Assembly: GCF_048403405.1 (NCBI RefSeq)
Contig: NZ_CP183129.1
Length of the DNA stretch: 64,000 bases
Reading direction: 5' to 3' (one strand)
DNA from: Escherichia coli
GTDB taxonomy: Bacteria > Pseudomonadota > Gammaproteobacteria > Enterobacterales > Enterobacteriaceae
Under the pieces are notes generated by a model, which saw only the letters and a program-made list of their open reading frames with translations, had not been told where the DNA came from and made no database searches. The position numbers and the translations under genes were made by a program. This document shows, piece after piece, positions 45,071 through 54,805 of this stretch; position 1 is the stretch's first letter, and each line of letters begins with the position of its first letter.

Positions 45071-45568
45071 TTAAGCCGGTACGCCGCCAGCGGTACGCCA
45101 GACGGTGACCAGTTTTTCCAGTGAATGCTCACGCTGACCGTAACCGGCACCCGGCAGGGACGCCCAGATATTGCGACAGCGTGAAATGGCGCGTTCAATG
45201 CGTCCCGCCCGGATGTCATCCAGTGCACCGCGTTCGCGGATCAACTGAATGGCGAGTCTGTCCTGTGACAACGGACTGAAATCCGGCAGGGCAAGCTGTT
45301 TGCGGTAATGCGGCCAGAACAGGTAAAGCTGCTGATAGCGACCGGAGGCCGTTGATTTTTCACCGCGACGGTTAAACACCTTCGCCGGTCGGCCATGTGC
45401 GAACGGGTGGTCACTGTAGTCGGTGAAAATTTCCGGCTTTCCGTCCAGTCCGGTGACTATCACGTCATAGCCCCGGTTTTTCGTCAGCGGATGATTCGCC
45501 GTCCCTTCGGACACGGCCAGCATGTCGAGAAAGGCGGCGATATTCTGATGCGTGTTAATTACCGGCAT
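45071..45568 (-). CDS. K: endolysin K (lysozyme)
   Basis: 165-aa ORF MPVINTHQNIAAFLDMLAVSEGT...; matches P2 K. Confidence 0.9.
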   Translation of the reverse strand: MPVINTHQNIAAFLDMLAVSEGTANHPLTKNRGYDVIVTGLDGKPEIFTDYSDHPFAHGRPAKVFNRRGEKSTASGRYQQLYLFWPHYRKQLALPDFSPLSQDRLAIQLIRERGALDDIRAGRIERAISRCRNIWASLPGAGYGQREHSLEKLVTVWRTAGGVPA

Positions 45569-45849
45569 TACGGTTTCCCCCTGCCCTTAAAGCGGCGCTG
45601 AATGGCAATCTCAATCACCTGATAACCGGCGATACCCAGCATGGAGCCGATGCCGCACACCGCAGGCAGTGACAGGTCAGGAAACTGCACCAGAACAACA
45701 CCGGCAACCATCGAGACAAAACCACCGAGTAACATGCGCCCGATAAACAGACGCGGGGTGATGGGTTCACCACCGGCAAGCACCTTGCCGACAACAATCA
45801 GCACCCCAATCATGAAAAGCGACAGGACGCTTTTTTCTTCTGCTGTCAT
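45568..45849 (-). CDS. Y: holin Y
   Basis: 93-aa membrane ORF directly upstream of K. Confidence 0.85.
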   Translation of the reverse strand: MTAEEKSVLSLFMIGVLIVVGKVLAGGEPITPRLFIGRMLLGGFVSMVAGVVLVQFPDLSLPAVCGIGSMLGIAGYQVIEIAIQRRFKGRGKP

Positions 45850-45852
45850 GCG

Positions 45853-46056
45853 TTACTCCCACAGATTGACAGTTTCAGCCACGGGCGCGGTCTGAACGTC
45901 GGGCAGTTCGACGGCGGTGCCGTGCGGCAGCACCGCACCCAGTTCAGCCAGTCCCGGATTTGCGGCGAGCACGGCCTCGACCACGCCCTCAGTGCGCCCG
46001 TAATACCGGACACAGATGGCGTCGAGCGTGTCGCCCTGTAGCGCAAAGGTCTTCAT
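45853..46056 (-). CDS. X: tail protein X
   Basis: ORF 45853..46125; start placed at ATG 46056 (MKTFALQGDTLDAICVRYYG...), 67 aa. Confidence 0.85.
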   Translation of the reverse strand: MKTFALQGDTLDAICVRYYGRTEGVVEAVLAANPGLAELGAVLPHGTAVELPDVQTAPVAETVNLWE

Positions 46057-46565
46057 CAGATTTGACTCACAATGCAGCGCGGCTTGTCCTGGATTCGCGC
46101 CACTGCCCAGCGCATATCCCGCCACAGCTCATCAATGGTGCTGTCAATGCTGTCGGCCTTCTTGTCGCCTTTGGCACTGGCATCCACGCCGCGATAACGC
46201 TCATAAAGCGACGCGGTCGCCATCGCACACACGGCGCGCTCGTAGTAAAAAACTTTGATGCTTTCACCGTCGATGTCGTCCGCCGGGACTTCCGCCAGAC
46301 ACGTAAAACCGGCGGCAATTTTCTGTTCGCGGTACTCGTACAGCTCCGCATTCGTCTCCGCCATGCCTGACTTGATGGCCTCACGCAGACGGGCGGGGGC
46401 GACGGTCTGCTCAAGGCGCATACGTTCCCGGACGCGCTTCGGGTCGATATCGGGAAAAAAGAACGTGTTTTTAATCACCGGCTCGTCGCCTGCCGGTTGC
46501 GGGATGACCACCGTACCCTCACCGGACACGGGAGCCTCCTTTCGCGGAATAATCAGCGTCATCAT
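46056..46565 (-). CDS. L: head completion/stabilisation protein L
   Basis: ORF 46056..46625; start placed at ATG 46565 (MMTLIIPRKEAP...), 169 aa. Confidence 0.85.
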   Translation of the reverse strand: MMTLIIPRKEAPVSGEGTVVIPQPAGDEPVIKNTFFFPDIDPKRVRERMRLEQTVAPARLREAIKSGMAETNAELYEYREQKIAAGFTCLAEVPADDIDGESIKVFYYERAVCAMATASLYERYRGVDASAKGDKKADSIDSTIDELWRDMRWAVARIQDKPRCIVSQI

Positions 46566-46664
46566 GACTACCTCTGAAAAGTCGGGCGGTGGACGCCGGT
46601 GCAGTGTCAGGTGATTCACCCTCACTGACCGGCGTGCCGCCCTGGCGCGGGGCGCATTCGGTTG

Positions 46665-47408
46665 TTAACTGGCTTTCTTTTTCGGGCGTCCACGTTTTGC
46701 CGGTGTCACGCTCCGGGTCTTACGCGGGGCGCGGGTGGCCGCTTTGGGCTGCGGCTCCGGCTTCGGTTTCAGCTCCCGCTCCAGTCGTTCAATCTCTTTT
46801 TTGACGCCTGCCTGACAGTCGAGCTGTGTCGCACGTTGCAGGTGCGCCAGCGCGCCGGCGGCATCACCAGCGTCACGCAGAAACAGACCGGTGATTTTGT
46901 GCAGCTTTGCGCGCACTTCATCAGGCATGTCAGCCGTGGCGGTCAGTTCAAGGGTGTCCGTCAGCAGGCGGGGATCCACAGACTCACCGGCAGCGTGAGC
47001 GCGCATGGCCGCAAGCGCCACCTCCTCGGTGAACATGTACGGCGGGGTGCGGCGGTGTTTCCCCGGCATGGTCAGACCATACTTCAGGGCATAACGGGCA
47101 ATCTCCAGCGCACCGGCAATATCGCCGGTATCCAGACGCCACAGCATGACCGTCATCAGAATGTCATCCTGTGCACCTTTGCCCTGCTCCAGCACGCCGT
47201 TCACCCACGGCAACCAGAACGGCAGCAGTTCGCGTTTTTTCGCGGCCTTCAGCTCTTTTGAATAAATCGCTTTCAGTGTGCGCTGGTCTGCGGCCAGCTT
47301 GACCAGCATCTGCTCATAGACAGTTGCATGTCGCAGCGGGGCGGCTTCCCGCTGCGCGGTCATCGCTGCCGAGACCCGCATCATGTGGCGCTGTGCGGGA
47401 CTCGTCAT
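46665..47408 (-). CDS. M: terminase endonuclease subunit M
   Basis: 247-aa ORF; P2 order. Confidence 0.87.
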   Translation of the reverse strand: MTSPAQRHMMRVSAAMTAQREAAPLRHATVYEQMLVKLAADQRTLKAIYSKELKAAKKRELLPFWLPWVNGVLEQGKGAQDDILMTVMLWRLDTGDIAGALEIARYALKYGLTMPGKHRRTPPYMFTEEVALAAMRAHAAGESVDPRLLTDTLELTATADMPDEVRAKLHKITGLFLRDAGDAAGALAHLQRATQLDCQAGVKKEIERLERELKPKPEPQPKAATRAPRKTRSVTPAKRGRPKKKAS

Positions 47409-47411
47409 CGG

Positions 47412-48485
47412 TTACGCTCCCGGCTCTGCGGTCGCTTTAGCCGGTGTGGAGAAATCACCGACCTTAATTTTTTCCACCAGACAACCGGCGGCGTAGTCTT
47501 CCACCACGTAATCAATGTTCATTGACTCGTAGTTCTCCACGCGGTCGAGTTTCGGGTTTTCCACAATCACGCGGCGATGGCTGTCATCCATGTAGTAGAT
47601 GGACAGGTTTTCCAGCTTCGTGATGAGCATCGCATCCGCCGGGAAGTACGGGACGCGTACCGCCGGCAGGTTGCCGATGCGTTTCTGGCTGATGATGACG
47701 TCAGCGGCCAGCATCTCGCTGTTGTCCTGCTCCTTGTTAACGATGGGGAAATACTTGTCCGCCAGTAGCTGACGCCCCACAATCACCACAAGGTCAGGGT
47801 CTTCCTGATACCACGGCTCAATCAGGTTGTTGGTCGCATCCATCACCAGTGCATCGAGGCTGGCATAATCACCACCCTTACCCACGCGGATGACCTCAGA
47901 GGTGGTGTGACCTTCCTCGTCAGTAACCTTGCTCATCACGCGCGCCGGGGCTTCATTGCGGTATTTCTGCAGCCAGCCGACCGCCACATCCTGCAGCATC
48001 GGATTGCTGCTGCGGTCAGAGGTTTCGGCACGCTTCACGCCGTTAAAACCGGCCATGATGAAATCAAGGGACTGGCGTTTGATAATGGCGTTACGGATAC
48101 GGAGCTGGAAATCCTGATAACGCGCCCACAGGTCCAGCGTTTTGTAGCGGATATAAAAATCGAAGTTAATCTGGTCGCATTCGTACTTGTTTGACGCCAG
48201 CTTCGAGAAGTCCTTCGGCTGACGCTCGGTGCCACCGGCGGTGTCGGTGGTGCTGGCGATGGAGCCGGTGACACCAATACCAATTTTTTCCCCTTTCATT
48301 TCGCTGACCGGCACAATGTTGATGCGGGTCAGAAAATCAGAGGACTCCTGCATGGTGTTCATCAGGATCTGGGTGACCGACGGTTCAACGGTGAATTTTT
48401 TCGACACATCACCGGCGTCGATGCCGTTCAGTTCGGCAACACGGGACAGGTAGGCATTAAATTTAAAGCGGGTTTCCTGGCGCAT
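47412..48485 (-). CDS. N: major capsid protein N
   Basis: 357-aa ORF; P2 order. Confidence 0.9.
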   Translation of the reverse strand: MRQETRFKFNAYLSRVAELNGIDAGDVSKKFTVEPSVTQILMNTMQESSDFLTRINIVPVSEMKGEKIGIGVTGSIASTTDTAGGTERQPKDFSKLASNKYECDQINFDFYIRYKTLDLWARYQDFQLRIRNAIIKRQSLDFIMAGFNGVKRAETSDRSSNPMLQDVAVGWLQKYRNEAPARVMSKVTDEEGHTTSEVIRVGKGGDYASLDALVMDATNNLIEPWYQEDPDLVVIVGRQLLADKYFPIVNKEQDNSEMLAADVIISQKRIGNLPAVRVPYFPADAMLITKLENLSIYYMDDSHRRVIVENPKLDRVENYESMNIDYVVEDYAAGCLVEKIKVGDFSTPAKATAEPGA

Positions 48486-48543
48486 AGTTTTTCCTGAAAT
48501 TAAGGGTTAATCGTGAAGGTTTTCCCGGACTGACTGACGCCGG

Positions 48544-49398
48544 TCAGCAGTTCGTCATCAGGGCGTCACCGCCACCGCCGGTGGCCTTGCTGCGGCGCTG
48601 CTGGGTCAGACTTTCGGTGTGGTCGAGGCTGTTTTTCAGGCGGGTGAATGCCTGGCTGGTTTCATCCGCCCTGTCAGTCACCTCCTGCTTAAGTGCGGAA
48701 AAGGCGGTTTCCATCTCAGCGAGGCGCTGCTCAGTGGCGCTCAGTTTTTCCTGCACATGTTCAGCAACAGCGGTCACCGCTTCATGCACGTCATTCAGAC
48801 GGGCGTCATCGCTGGCCTGTTTGCGGCCAAAAATGGATTTCACCTTTTCGGTCAGGGCGGTGAACACGGTTTCAGGCAGGTCTTCAAATTCCAGCTCAAC
48901 AGGCGTTGCCACTGAAATCAGGTTTTCAGGGCTTAATTTGAAGCGGTTCAGGGGGTTGTGTTTTGCCGTGCGGCAGAATTCCAGGTATTCCGTGCCGAGG
49001 CTTGCCGGGTCATCGGTGACGGCCAGACCCACCAGATAACATTTGCCGGTATTGGCAAAGTTCGGCTGAATTTCCATTGAGGTATAGACCTTCTGCGCGG
49101 CCTTGTTCATCGCGATAAGGTCATCGGTCGGGGTGATTTTCGCAAACAGCGCCCATTTGCCTTTCAGCGCCGAATCATCGTCAATCTTTTCGGCCTTCAG
49201 TTCGACCACATCGCCATAACGCTTAAAAATGCCGTCAGGCAGGATGCCGCGCAGATGTTCCAGGTTAATGCGGCAACCATAGACTCGCGGGTCAAAGGTT
49301 TCGGCCATTTCCTGAATATCCTGCGCACTGATGACACGCCCGTCACAGGTGTCACCCTCAACGCCGATACGAAAGAATTTTGAGACTTTTTTTGCCAT
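48544..49398 (-). CDS. O: capsid scaffolding protein O
   Basis: ORF 48544..49464; start placed at ATG 49398 (MAKKVSKFFRIGVEGDT...), 284 aa. Confidence 0.88.
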   Translation of the reverse strand: MAKKVSKFFRIGVEGDTCDGRVISAQDIQEMAETFDPRVYGCRINLEHLRGILPDGIFKRYGDVVELKAEKIDDDSALKGKWALFAKITPTDDLIAMNKAAQKVYTSMEIQPNFANTGKCYLVGLAVTDDPASLGTEYLEFCRTAKHNPLNRFKLSPENLISVATPVELEFEDLPETVFTALTEKVKSIFGRKQASDDARLNDVHEAVTAVAEHVQEKLSATEQRLAEMETAFSALKQEVTDRADETSQAFTRLKNSLDHTESLTQQRRSKATGGGGDALMTNC

Positions 49399-49571
49399 TG
49401 TCAGGAGTCCTGAATAGTGATTAGAGGAGTCACATGTCGGCATCAGTTTCCCGACGATGCGCATCCTCCGCCATCAGTCCCGGATGGCTTATCACTGACA
49501 CAACAGCACCTTAGCGAATCGCAGGGCGCGACTCAGTAGCCTTGCCGTGTATTCATCACGGCGAGGTATTC
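49399..49571. promoter_or_regulatory. divergent late promoter region between O and P
   Basis: 173-bp gap between divergent late operons; dyad GCCGTG-tattcat-CACGGC at about 49533-49553; P2 late promoters are Ogr-dependent. Confidence 0.4.
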
Positions 49572-51344
49572 ATGACCATCACCACAGACACCACTCTTTT
49601 ACACGACCCGCGTCGTCAGGCGGCGCTGCTGTACTGGCAGGGGTTTTCCGTGCCGCAGATTGCCGCCATGTTGCAGATGAAACGCCCGACGGTGCAGAGC
49701 TGGAAACAGCGCGACGGCTGGGACAGCGTTGCCCCCATCAGCCGTGTCGAAATGAGTCTGGAAGCGCGGCTGACCCAGCTCATCATCAAACCGCAGAAAA
49801 CCGGCGGTGACTTCAAGGAAATTGACCTGCTGGGACGCCAGATTGAACGACTGGCACGGGTCAACCGCTACAGCCAGACCGGCAACGAGGCAGACCTTAA
49901 TCCGAACGTCGCTAACCGCAACAAAGGCGGGCGGCGCAAACCGAAAAAGAATTTTTTCAGTGACGAGGCCATCGAAAAGCTGGAGCAGATTTTCTTTGAG
50001 CAGTCTTTCGAATATCAGTTGCACTGGTATCGCGCCGGGCTTGAGCACCGCATCCGCGATATCCTGAAATCCCGCCAGATTGGCGCGACGTTTTATTTTT
50101 CCCGCGAGGCGCTGCTGCGCGCCCTGAAAACCGGTCATAACCAGATTTTTCTGTCGGCCAGTAAAACGCAGGCGTATGTGTTCCGCGAATACATCATCGC
50201 CTTTGCCCGTCTGGTTGACGTTGACCTGACCGGTGACCCGATTGTCCTGGGCAATAACGGCGCAAAACTGATTTTTCTCGGCACCAACTCCAACACCGCG
50301 CAGAGCCATAACGGCGACCTGTACGTCGACGAGATTTTCTGGATCCCGAATTTTCAGGTACTGCGTAAGGTGGCATCAGGTATGGCCTCACAGAGTCACC
50401 TGCGCTCGACCTATTTCTCCACCCCGTCCACGCTGGCACACGACGCCTACCCGTTCTGGTCGGGTGAACTGTTCAACCGGGGACGCGCCAGCGCCGCCGA
50501 ACGCGTGGAAATCGACGTCAGTCATAACGCCCTTGCCGGTGGGCTTCTCTGTGCGGACGGCCAGTGGCGACAGATTGTCACCATTGAGGACGCCCTGAAA
50601 GGCGGCTGCACGCTGTTCGACATTGAGCAGCTCAAACGCGAAAACAGCGCCGACGATTTTAAAAACCTGTTCATGTGTGAATTTGTTGACGACAAGGCGT
50701 CGGTGTTCCCGTTTGAGGAGCTGCAACGCTGCATGGTCGACACGCTGGAAGAATGGGAAGACTATGCGCCGTTTGCCGCAAATCCGTTCGGCTCCCGACC
50801 GGTATGGATTGGTTACGACCCGTCACACCGTGGCGACAGCGCAGGATGCGTGGTACTGGCACCGCCGGTGGTGGCCGGTGGCAAATTCAGGATCCTTGAG
50901 CGTCACCAGTGGAAAGGCATGGACTTTGCCACTCAGGCTGAATCCATCCGCAAACTCACCGAAAAATACAACGTCGAATACATCGGTATTGATGCCACCG
51001 GCCTCGGTGTCGGCGTGTTCCAGCTCGTGCGCTCGTTCTATCCCGCCGCGCGCGACATCCGCTACACGCCGGAAATGAAAACCGCAATGGTGCTCAAGGC
51101 AAAAGACGTCATCCGCCGTGGCTGTCTGGAATATGACGTCAGCGCCACCGACATCACCAGCTCGTTTATGGCTATCCGCAAGACCATGACCAGCAGCGGA
51201 CGCAGCGCCACCTATGAGGCCAGCCGCAGCGAGGAAGCCAGCCACGCCGACCTCGCCTGGGCGACCATGCACGCCCTGTTAAATGAGCCACTCACCGCCG
51301 GTATCAGCACCCCGCTGACATCCACCATTCTGGAGTTTTACTGA
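49572..51344 (+). CDS. P: terminase ATPase (large) subunit P
   Basis: ORF 49542..51344; start placed at ATG 49572 with GAGGT SD (MTITTDTTLLHDPRRQAALLYWQ...), 590 aa. Confidence 0.9.
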   Translation: MTITTDTTLLHDPRRQAALLYWQGFSVPQIAAMLQMKRPTVQSWKQRDGWDSVAPISRVEMSLEARLTQLIIKPQKTGGDFKEIDLLGRQIERLARVNRYSQTGNEADLNPNVANRNKGGRRKPKKNFFSDEAIEKLEQIFFEQSFEYQLHWYRAGLEHRIRDILKSRQIGATFYFSREALLRALKTGHNQIFLSASKTQAYVFREYIIAFARLVDVDLTGDPIVLGNNGAKLIFLGTNSNTAQSHNGDLYVDEIFWIPNFQVLRKVASGMASQSHLRSTYFSTPSTLAHDAYPFWSGELFNRGRASAAERVEIDVSHNALAGGLLCADGQWRQIVTIEDALKGGCTLFDIEQLKRENSADDFKNLFMCEFVDDKASVFPFEELQRCMVDTLEEWEDYAPFAANPFGSRPVWIGYDPSHRGDSAGCVVLAPPVVAGGKFRILERHQWKGMDFATQAESIRKLTEKYNVEYIGIDATGLGVGVFQLVRSFYPAARDIRYTPEMKTAMVLKAKDVIRRGCLEYDVSATDITSSFMAIRKTMTSSGRSATYEASRSEEASHADLAWATMHALLNEPLTAGISTPLTSTILEFY

Positions 51345-52363
51345 TGAGCAAGAAAAAAGGGAAAACACCGCAACCTGCGGCAAAAAAAATGACCGCCAGC
51401 GCCCCGAAAATGGAGGCATTCACCTTTGGCGAGCCGGTGCCGGTACTCGACCGCCGTGACATTCTGGATTACGTCGAGTGCATCAGTAACGGCAGATGGT
51501 ATGAGCCGCCGGTCAGCTTTACCGGTCTGGCGAAAAGCCTGCGTGCTGCCGTGCATCACAGCTCGCCGATTTACGTCAAACGCAATATTCTGGCCTCGAC
51601 ATTTATCCCGCATCCGTGGCTTTCCCAGCAGGATTTCAGCCGCTTTGTGCTGGATTTTCTGGTGTTCGGTAATGCGTTTCTGGAAAAGCGTTACAGCACC
51701 ACCGGTAAGGTCATCAGACTGGAAACCTCACCGGCAAAATATACCCGCCGTGGCGTGGAGGAGGATGTTTACTGGTGGGTGCCGTCCTTCAACGAGCCGA
51801 CAGCCTTCGCGCCCGGCTCCGTGTTTCACCTGCTGGAGCCGGATATCAATCAGGAGCTGTACGGCCTGCCGGAATATCTCAGCGCCCTTAACTCTGCCTG
51901 GCTGAATGAGTCGGCCACGCTGTTCCGCCGCAAGTATTACGAAAACGGCGCTCATGCCGGATACATCATGTATGTCACCGATGCCGTGCAGGATCGCAAC
52001 GATATCGAAATGCTTCGCGAAAACATGGTGAAGTCGAAAGGCCGCAACAACTTTAAAAACCTGTTTCTCTATGCCCCACAGGGGAAAGCCGACGGCATTA
52101 AAATTATCCCCCTCAGTGAAGTGGCGACGAAGGACGATTTTTTTAATATCAAAAAAGTCAGCGCCGCAGATCTCCTGGACGCACACCGCATCCCCTTTCA
52201 GTTGATGGGCGGTAAGCCGGAGAATGTCGGGTCACTAGGAGATATTGAAAAAGTGGCAAAGGTCTTTGTCCGCAATGAACTCACTCCATTACAGGAGAGA
52301 ATAAAGTCAATAAATGAATGGTTAGATATGGAAGTCATAAAATCCCTTGATTATAACTTATAA
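51344..52363 (+). CDS. Q: portal protein Q
   Basis: 339-aa ORF overlapping the P stop; P2 order. Confidence 0.88.
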   Translation: MSKKKGKTPQPAAKKMTASAPKMEAFTFGEPVPVLDRRDILDYVECISNGRWYEPPVSFTGLAKSLRAAVHHSSPIYVKRNILASTFIPHPWLSQQDFSRFVLDFLVFGNAFLEKRYSTTGKVIRLETSPAKYTRRGVEEDVYWWVPSFNEPTAFAPGSVFHLLEPDINQELYGLPEYLSALNSAWLNESATLFRRKYYENGAHAGYIMYVTDAVQDRNDIEMLRENMVKSKGRNNFKNLFLYAPQGKADGIKIIPLSEVATKDDFFNIKKVSAADLLDAHRIPFQLMGGKPENVGSLGDIEKVAKVFVRNELTPLQERIKSINEWLDMEVIKSLDYNL

Positions 52364-52375
52364 GTAAATATATAA

Positions 52376-52402
52376 AGTTGGCGGAATGCAATCCCGCCAA
52401 CT
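52376..52402. terminator. bidirectional terminator hairpin between Q and the convergent RT-module
   Basis: AGTTGGCGG-(loop)-CCGCCAACT between convergent genes. Confidence 0.5.
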
Positions 52403-52405
52403 TAA

Positions 52406-53113
52406 CTATATATACTTCCTTTTTACTCTACTTAATTCTATCACTGATGAGGAGTGACAAAATGACAAATTAATAGTATCGATATAATCCAAAATTTGAC
52501 TCTCAACCTCAATAAAAATATTTTTGGGCCCATTACTAATCGATATACCGATTTCATCCAAAACAGCCATCATTTTTCTCTGATGAGTTTTATATTTATA
52601 GTCTTTATTTTCCTCTGTAATATGTGCATTGGCTTCCTCAATAACACATTTGATTCTAGATATTATTTCTAGATAATCTCTCGAAACAGATATATCACCG
52701 CCTTGCGCTTCAGGGAACATAACCCTATACCATCTAAAAAAATTAACTTTCTCTGGATAGATGCTACTTCTTTTAGTTAACTCAGCACTTGCAAATTCTC
52801 TAAACATCGTCAGATGACTAGTGTAATTACTATTATTATTATTTTTAACTCCAGCGTTATATGTCATCAAAGCAATCATAACACCAAAAACGGTAACAAA
52901 AGTTGTTATAAGCCATCCAAACGCCTGAAAATACATTACTATACCAGATGTTTTTTCCGCAAAAAATTTTAAGCACTGGCTATCGAAGCATATATCACGC
53001 TCATATAGCTTTTCATTCTGAATAGTTTCAAAAAGAGAAATTAGCGAAAAAATCAAAAAAAGAGCTGACGACACACCGACAATATATTTGAGAAGTCTAA
53101 TATTTGCATTCAT
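52406..53113 (-). CDS. 2-TM membrane protein, translationally coupled to the upstream reverse transcriptase (candidate effector)
   Basis: 235 aa; start ATG overlaps the RT stop (ATGA at 53113-53110); two N-terminal hydrophobic helices; AT-rich. Confidence 0.6.
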   Translation of the reverse strand: MNANIRLLKYIVGVSSALFLIFSLISLFETIQNEKLYERDICFDSQCLKFFAEKTSGIVMYFQAFGWLITTFVTVFGVMIALMTYNAGVKNNNNSNYTSHLTMFREFASAELTKRSSIYPEKVNFFRWYRVMFPEAQGGDISVSRDYLEIISRIKCVIEEANAHITEENKDYKYKTHQRKMMAVLDEIGISISNGPKNIFIEVESQILDYIDTINLSFCHSSSVIELSRVKRKYI

Positions 53114-54384
53114 AATGGTTTTAAAGATGCCAATCTAGATTTAAAACACTCCAGTTTTTCTTTAAATGATTCAGAGCGAGTAAGAATAATCATCTTATAT
53201 CTCGTCAAATCATATTTTCTTTTATACCAATGTTTATTTTGATTACCTTTCGAATACGACAACTCTAAACTTTTTATAGCTGCATCAATCACAGCAACAT
53301 CTCTTTTAGATGGCATCGGTTTTATTGCCTGCAACTGTTTCTTGAATGATTCATATTTTTCATGCCCAACACGGCCAAGCTTATTCACTCTCCCCATACA
53401 TCTATTGAATTCTTTTCTGTATGCAACACTTGTTTTTGTGTTATTTTTTGCCGCCAGTAATTTCAAATTATGTATAGATGCCCTGATTCTTTTGACTTCA
53501 TCGGATGGTAGTCGAGGTGAGTCATAGTCAACTCTTAAACCATGTACTTTTATAGGTTCAGATGAACAGTGAAATATTTTTGTTTTGTGCTTATTTATCG
53601 GCAAGTCATGCTCAGAAAGCATCCTCTCTATATGGCTTTGCATTTGAGAAAAATCATAATTACTTATTTTAGATGACACGGTAATATCATCTACCAAACG
53701 CGTATAAACAAGTCCTTTCCTCTGCGCACGTCTTACCACATCCCCTTCAACAGCGAATAAACACAAAGTTGCTATATAGCTTGATGTTAAGGCCCCCTGT
53801 ACGACAAAATCATCCTTAGTACATATATCCACCAAGTATTCAAGAGCCTCATCCTTAATATGCAATATCTCCTCAAACACGCTCCTAACCAGATCTCTAT
53901 GGATATTATCGAAAAAATTACTTATATCCACCTTGAGAACTGTTTTTGCTCCACAATGAGCCTTTGCACATGAAACATAGTCACGTTTGACATTAGAATT
54001 TAAAACATCATTTTTACTGGGAACTGAACCAAACAAAAATGAAGGAAAAACAACCAATTCCTTAAAAATACGTTTATTAATTCTACTCTGTAATAATCTC
54101 ATTTTAGGATGTAGGGAGTAGACAATCCGTTTGCTTCCGTCAATTTTGGGAATTTCTTTTAGAGTATATTTCTCATCTAATGATAATTCTGCAATAGCTT
54201 TAAGCTCTTCAACAGAAATCGATAAAGCCTTTGACAACTTTTCAAGTGTTGTGATAGGAGCATTGGATTTGCTGTATGGTTTAAATTTATCCATAAACAT
54301 ACCATTCAAATTCAAAGTTACGTACGGTCTTCCCATACTCAAGGGTGGAACAGCAGAGATGCTTACATCAACAATTGTCAGCAA
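53110..54384 (-). CDS. retron-type reverse transcriptase with about 100-aa C-terminal extension
   Basis: RT motifs IPKIDGSKRIVY, CAKAHCGAKTVLKVDISNFFDNI, QGALTSSYIATLCL, YTRLVDDITV (YxDD), IKVHGL. Track start is TTG 54384; in-frame ATGs at 54336, 54300, 54294. Confidence 0.75.
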   Translation of the reverse strand: MLTIVDVSISAVPPLSMGRPYVTLNLNGMFMDKFKPYSKSNAPITTLEKLSKALSISVEELKAIAELSLDEKYTLKEIPKIDGSKRIVYSLHPKMRLLQSRINKRIFKELVVFPSFLFGSVPSKNDVLNSNVKRDYVSCAKAHCGAKTVLKVDISNFFDNIHRDLVRSVFEEILHIKDEALEYLVDICTKDDFVVQGALTSSYIATLCLFAVEGDVVRRAQRKGLVYTRLVDDITVSSKISNYDFSQMQSHIERMLSEHDLPINKHKTKIFHCSSEPIKVHGLRVDYDSPRLPSDEVKRIRASIHNLKLLAAKNNTKTSVAYRKEFNRCMGRVNKLGRVGHEKYESFKKQLQAIKPMPSKRDVAVIDAAIKSLELSYSKGNQNKHWYKRKYDLTRYKMIILTRSESFKEKLECFKSRLASLKPL

Positions 54385-54625
54385 CAGCCTCTGCTATCTT
54401 TCGACCGTACGTAATGTCGTCGGCTACGGCACCATCGTAGTTGACGACGGTGGGGCCTCGCTGATAGGTCCATAGTGGACGCTTTTTTGTAAAAGCAAAA
54501 ACTGACAATTTAATGTTGTTGACTGCCGCATACCAAGCGAATCGCTGGTGCGCTAAGAATAATGCAACAAAAAAATAAGAATTTCAACCGGGTAACTGCA
54601 AGCCAGCGACATCGTTTAGCGCGCA

Positions 54626-54644
54626 GTGCTTTCCCCGCCTCGCC
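54626..54644. other. phage cos site (19-nt cohesive-end sequence)
   Basis: GTGCTTTCCCCGCCTCGCC is the reverse complement of the P2 cohesive end GGCGAGGCGGGGAAAGCAC as I recall it; located between Q and the A-side genes as in P2. Confidence 0.7.
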
Positions 54645-54805
54645 CGCCCGCTTCGTGGGGCGGTTTTAATGCAGGTGCAATACCGCTTTTGAGCCACGCC
54701 CGTCCTGGCGGACGCACGGCCGGAACATGCAACTCCGGCACATGCAAAACCATGCACATATTGCACGCAGAAAGATAAATGCCAAAATACCTAAATCAAC
54801 TTCCA

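Noticed and set aside
54600-54760. GC-rich structured block first considered as a retron msr/msd or a terminator
   Set aside because: It contains the exact reverse complement of the 19-nt P2 cohesive-end sequence as I recall it, so it is better explained as the cos site and packaging signals.
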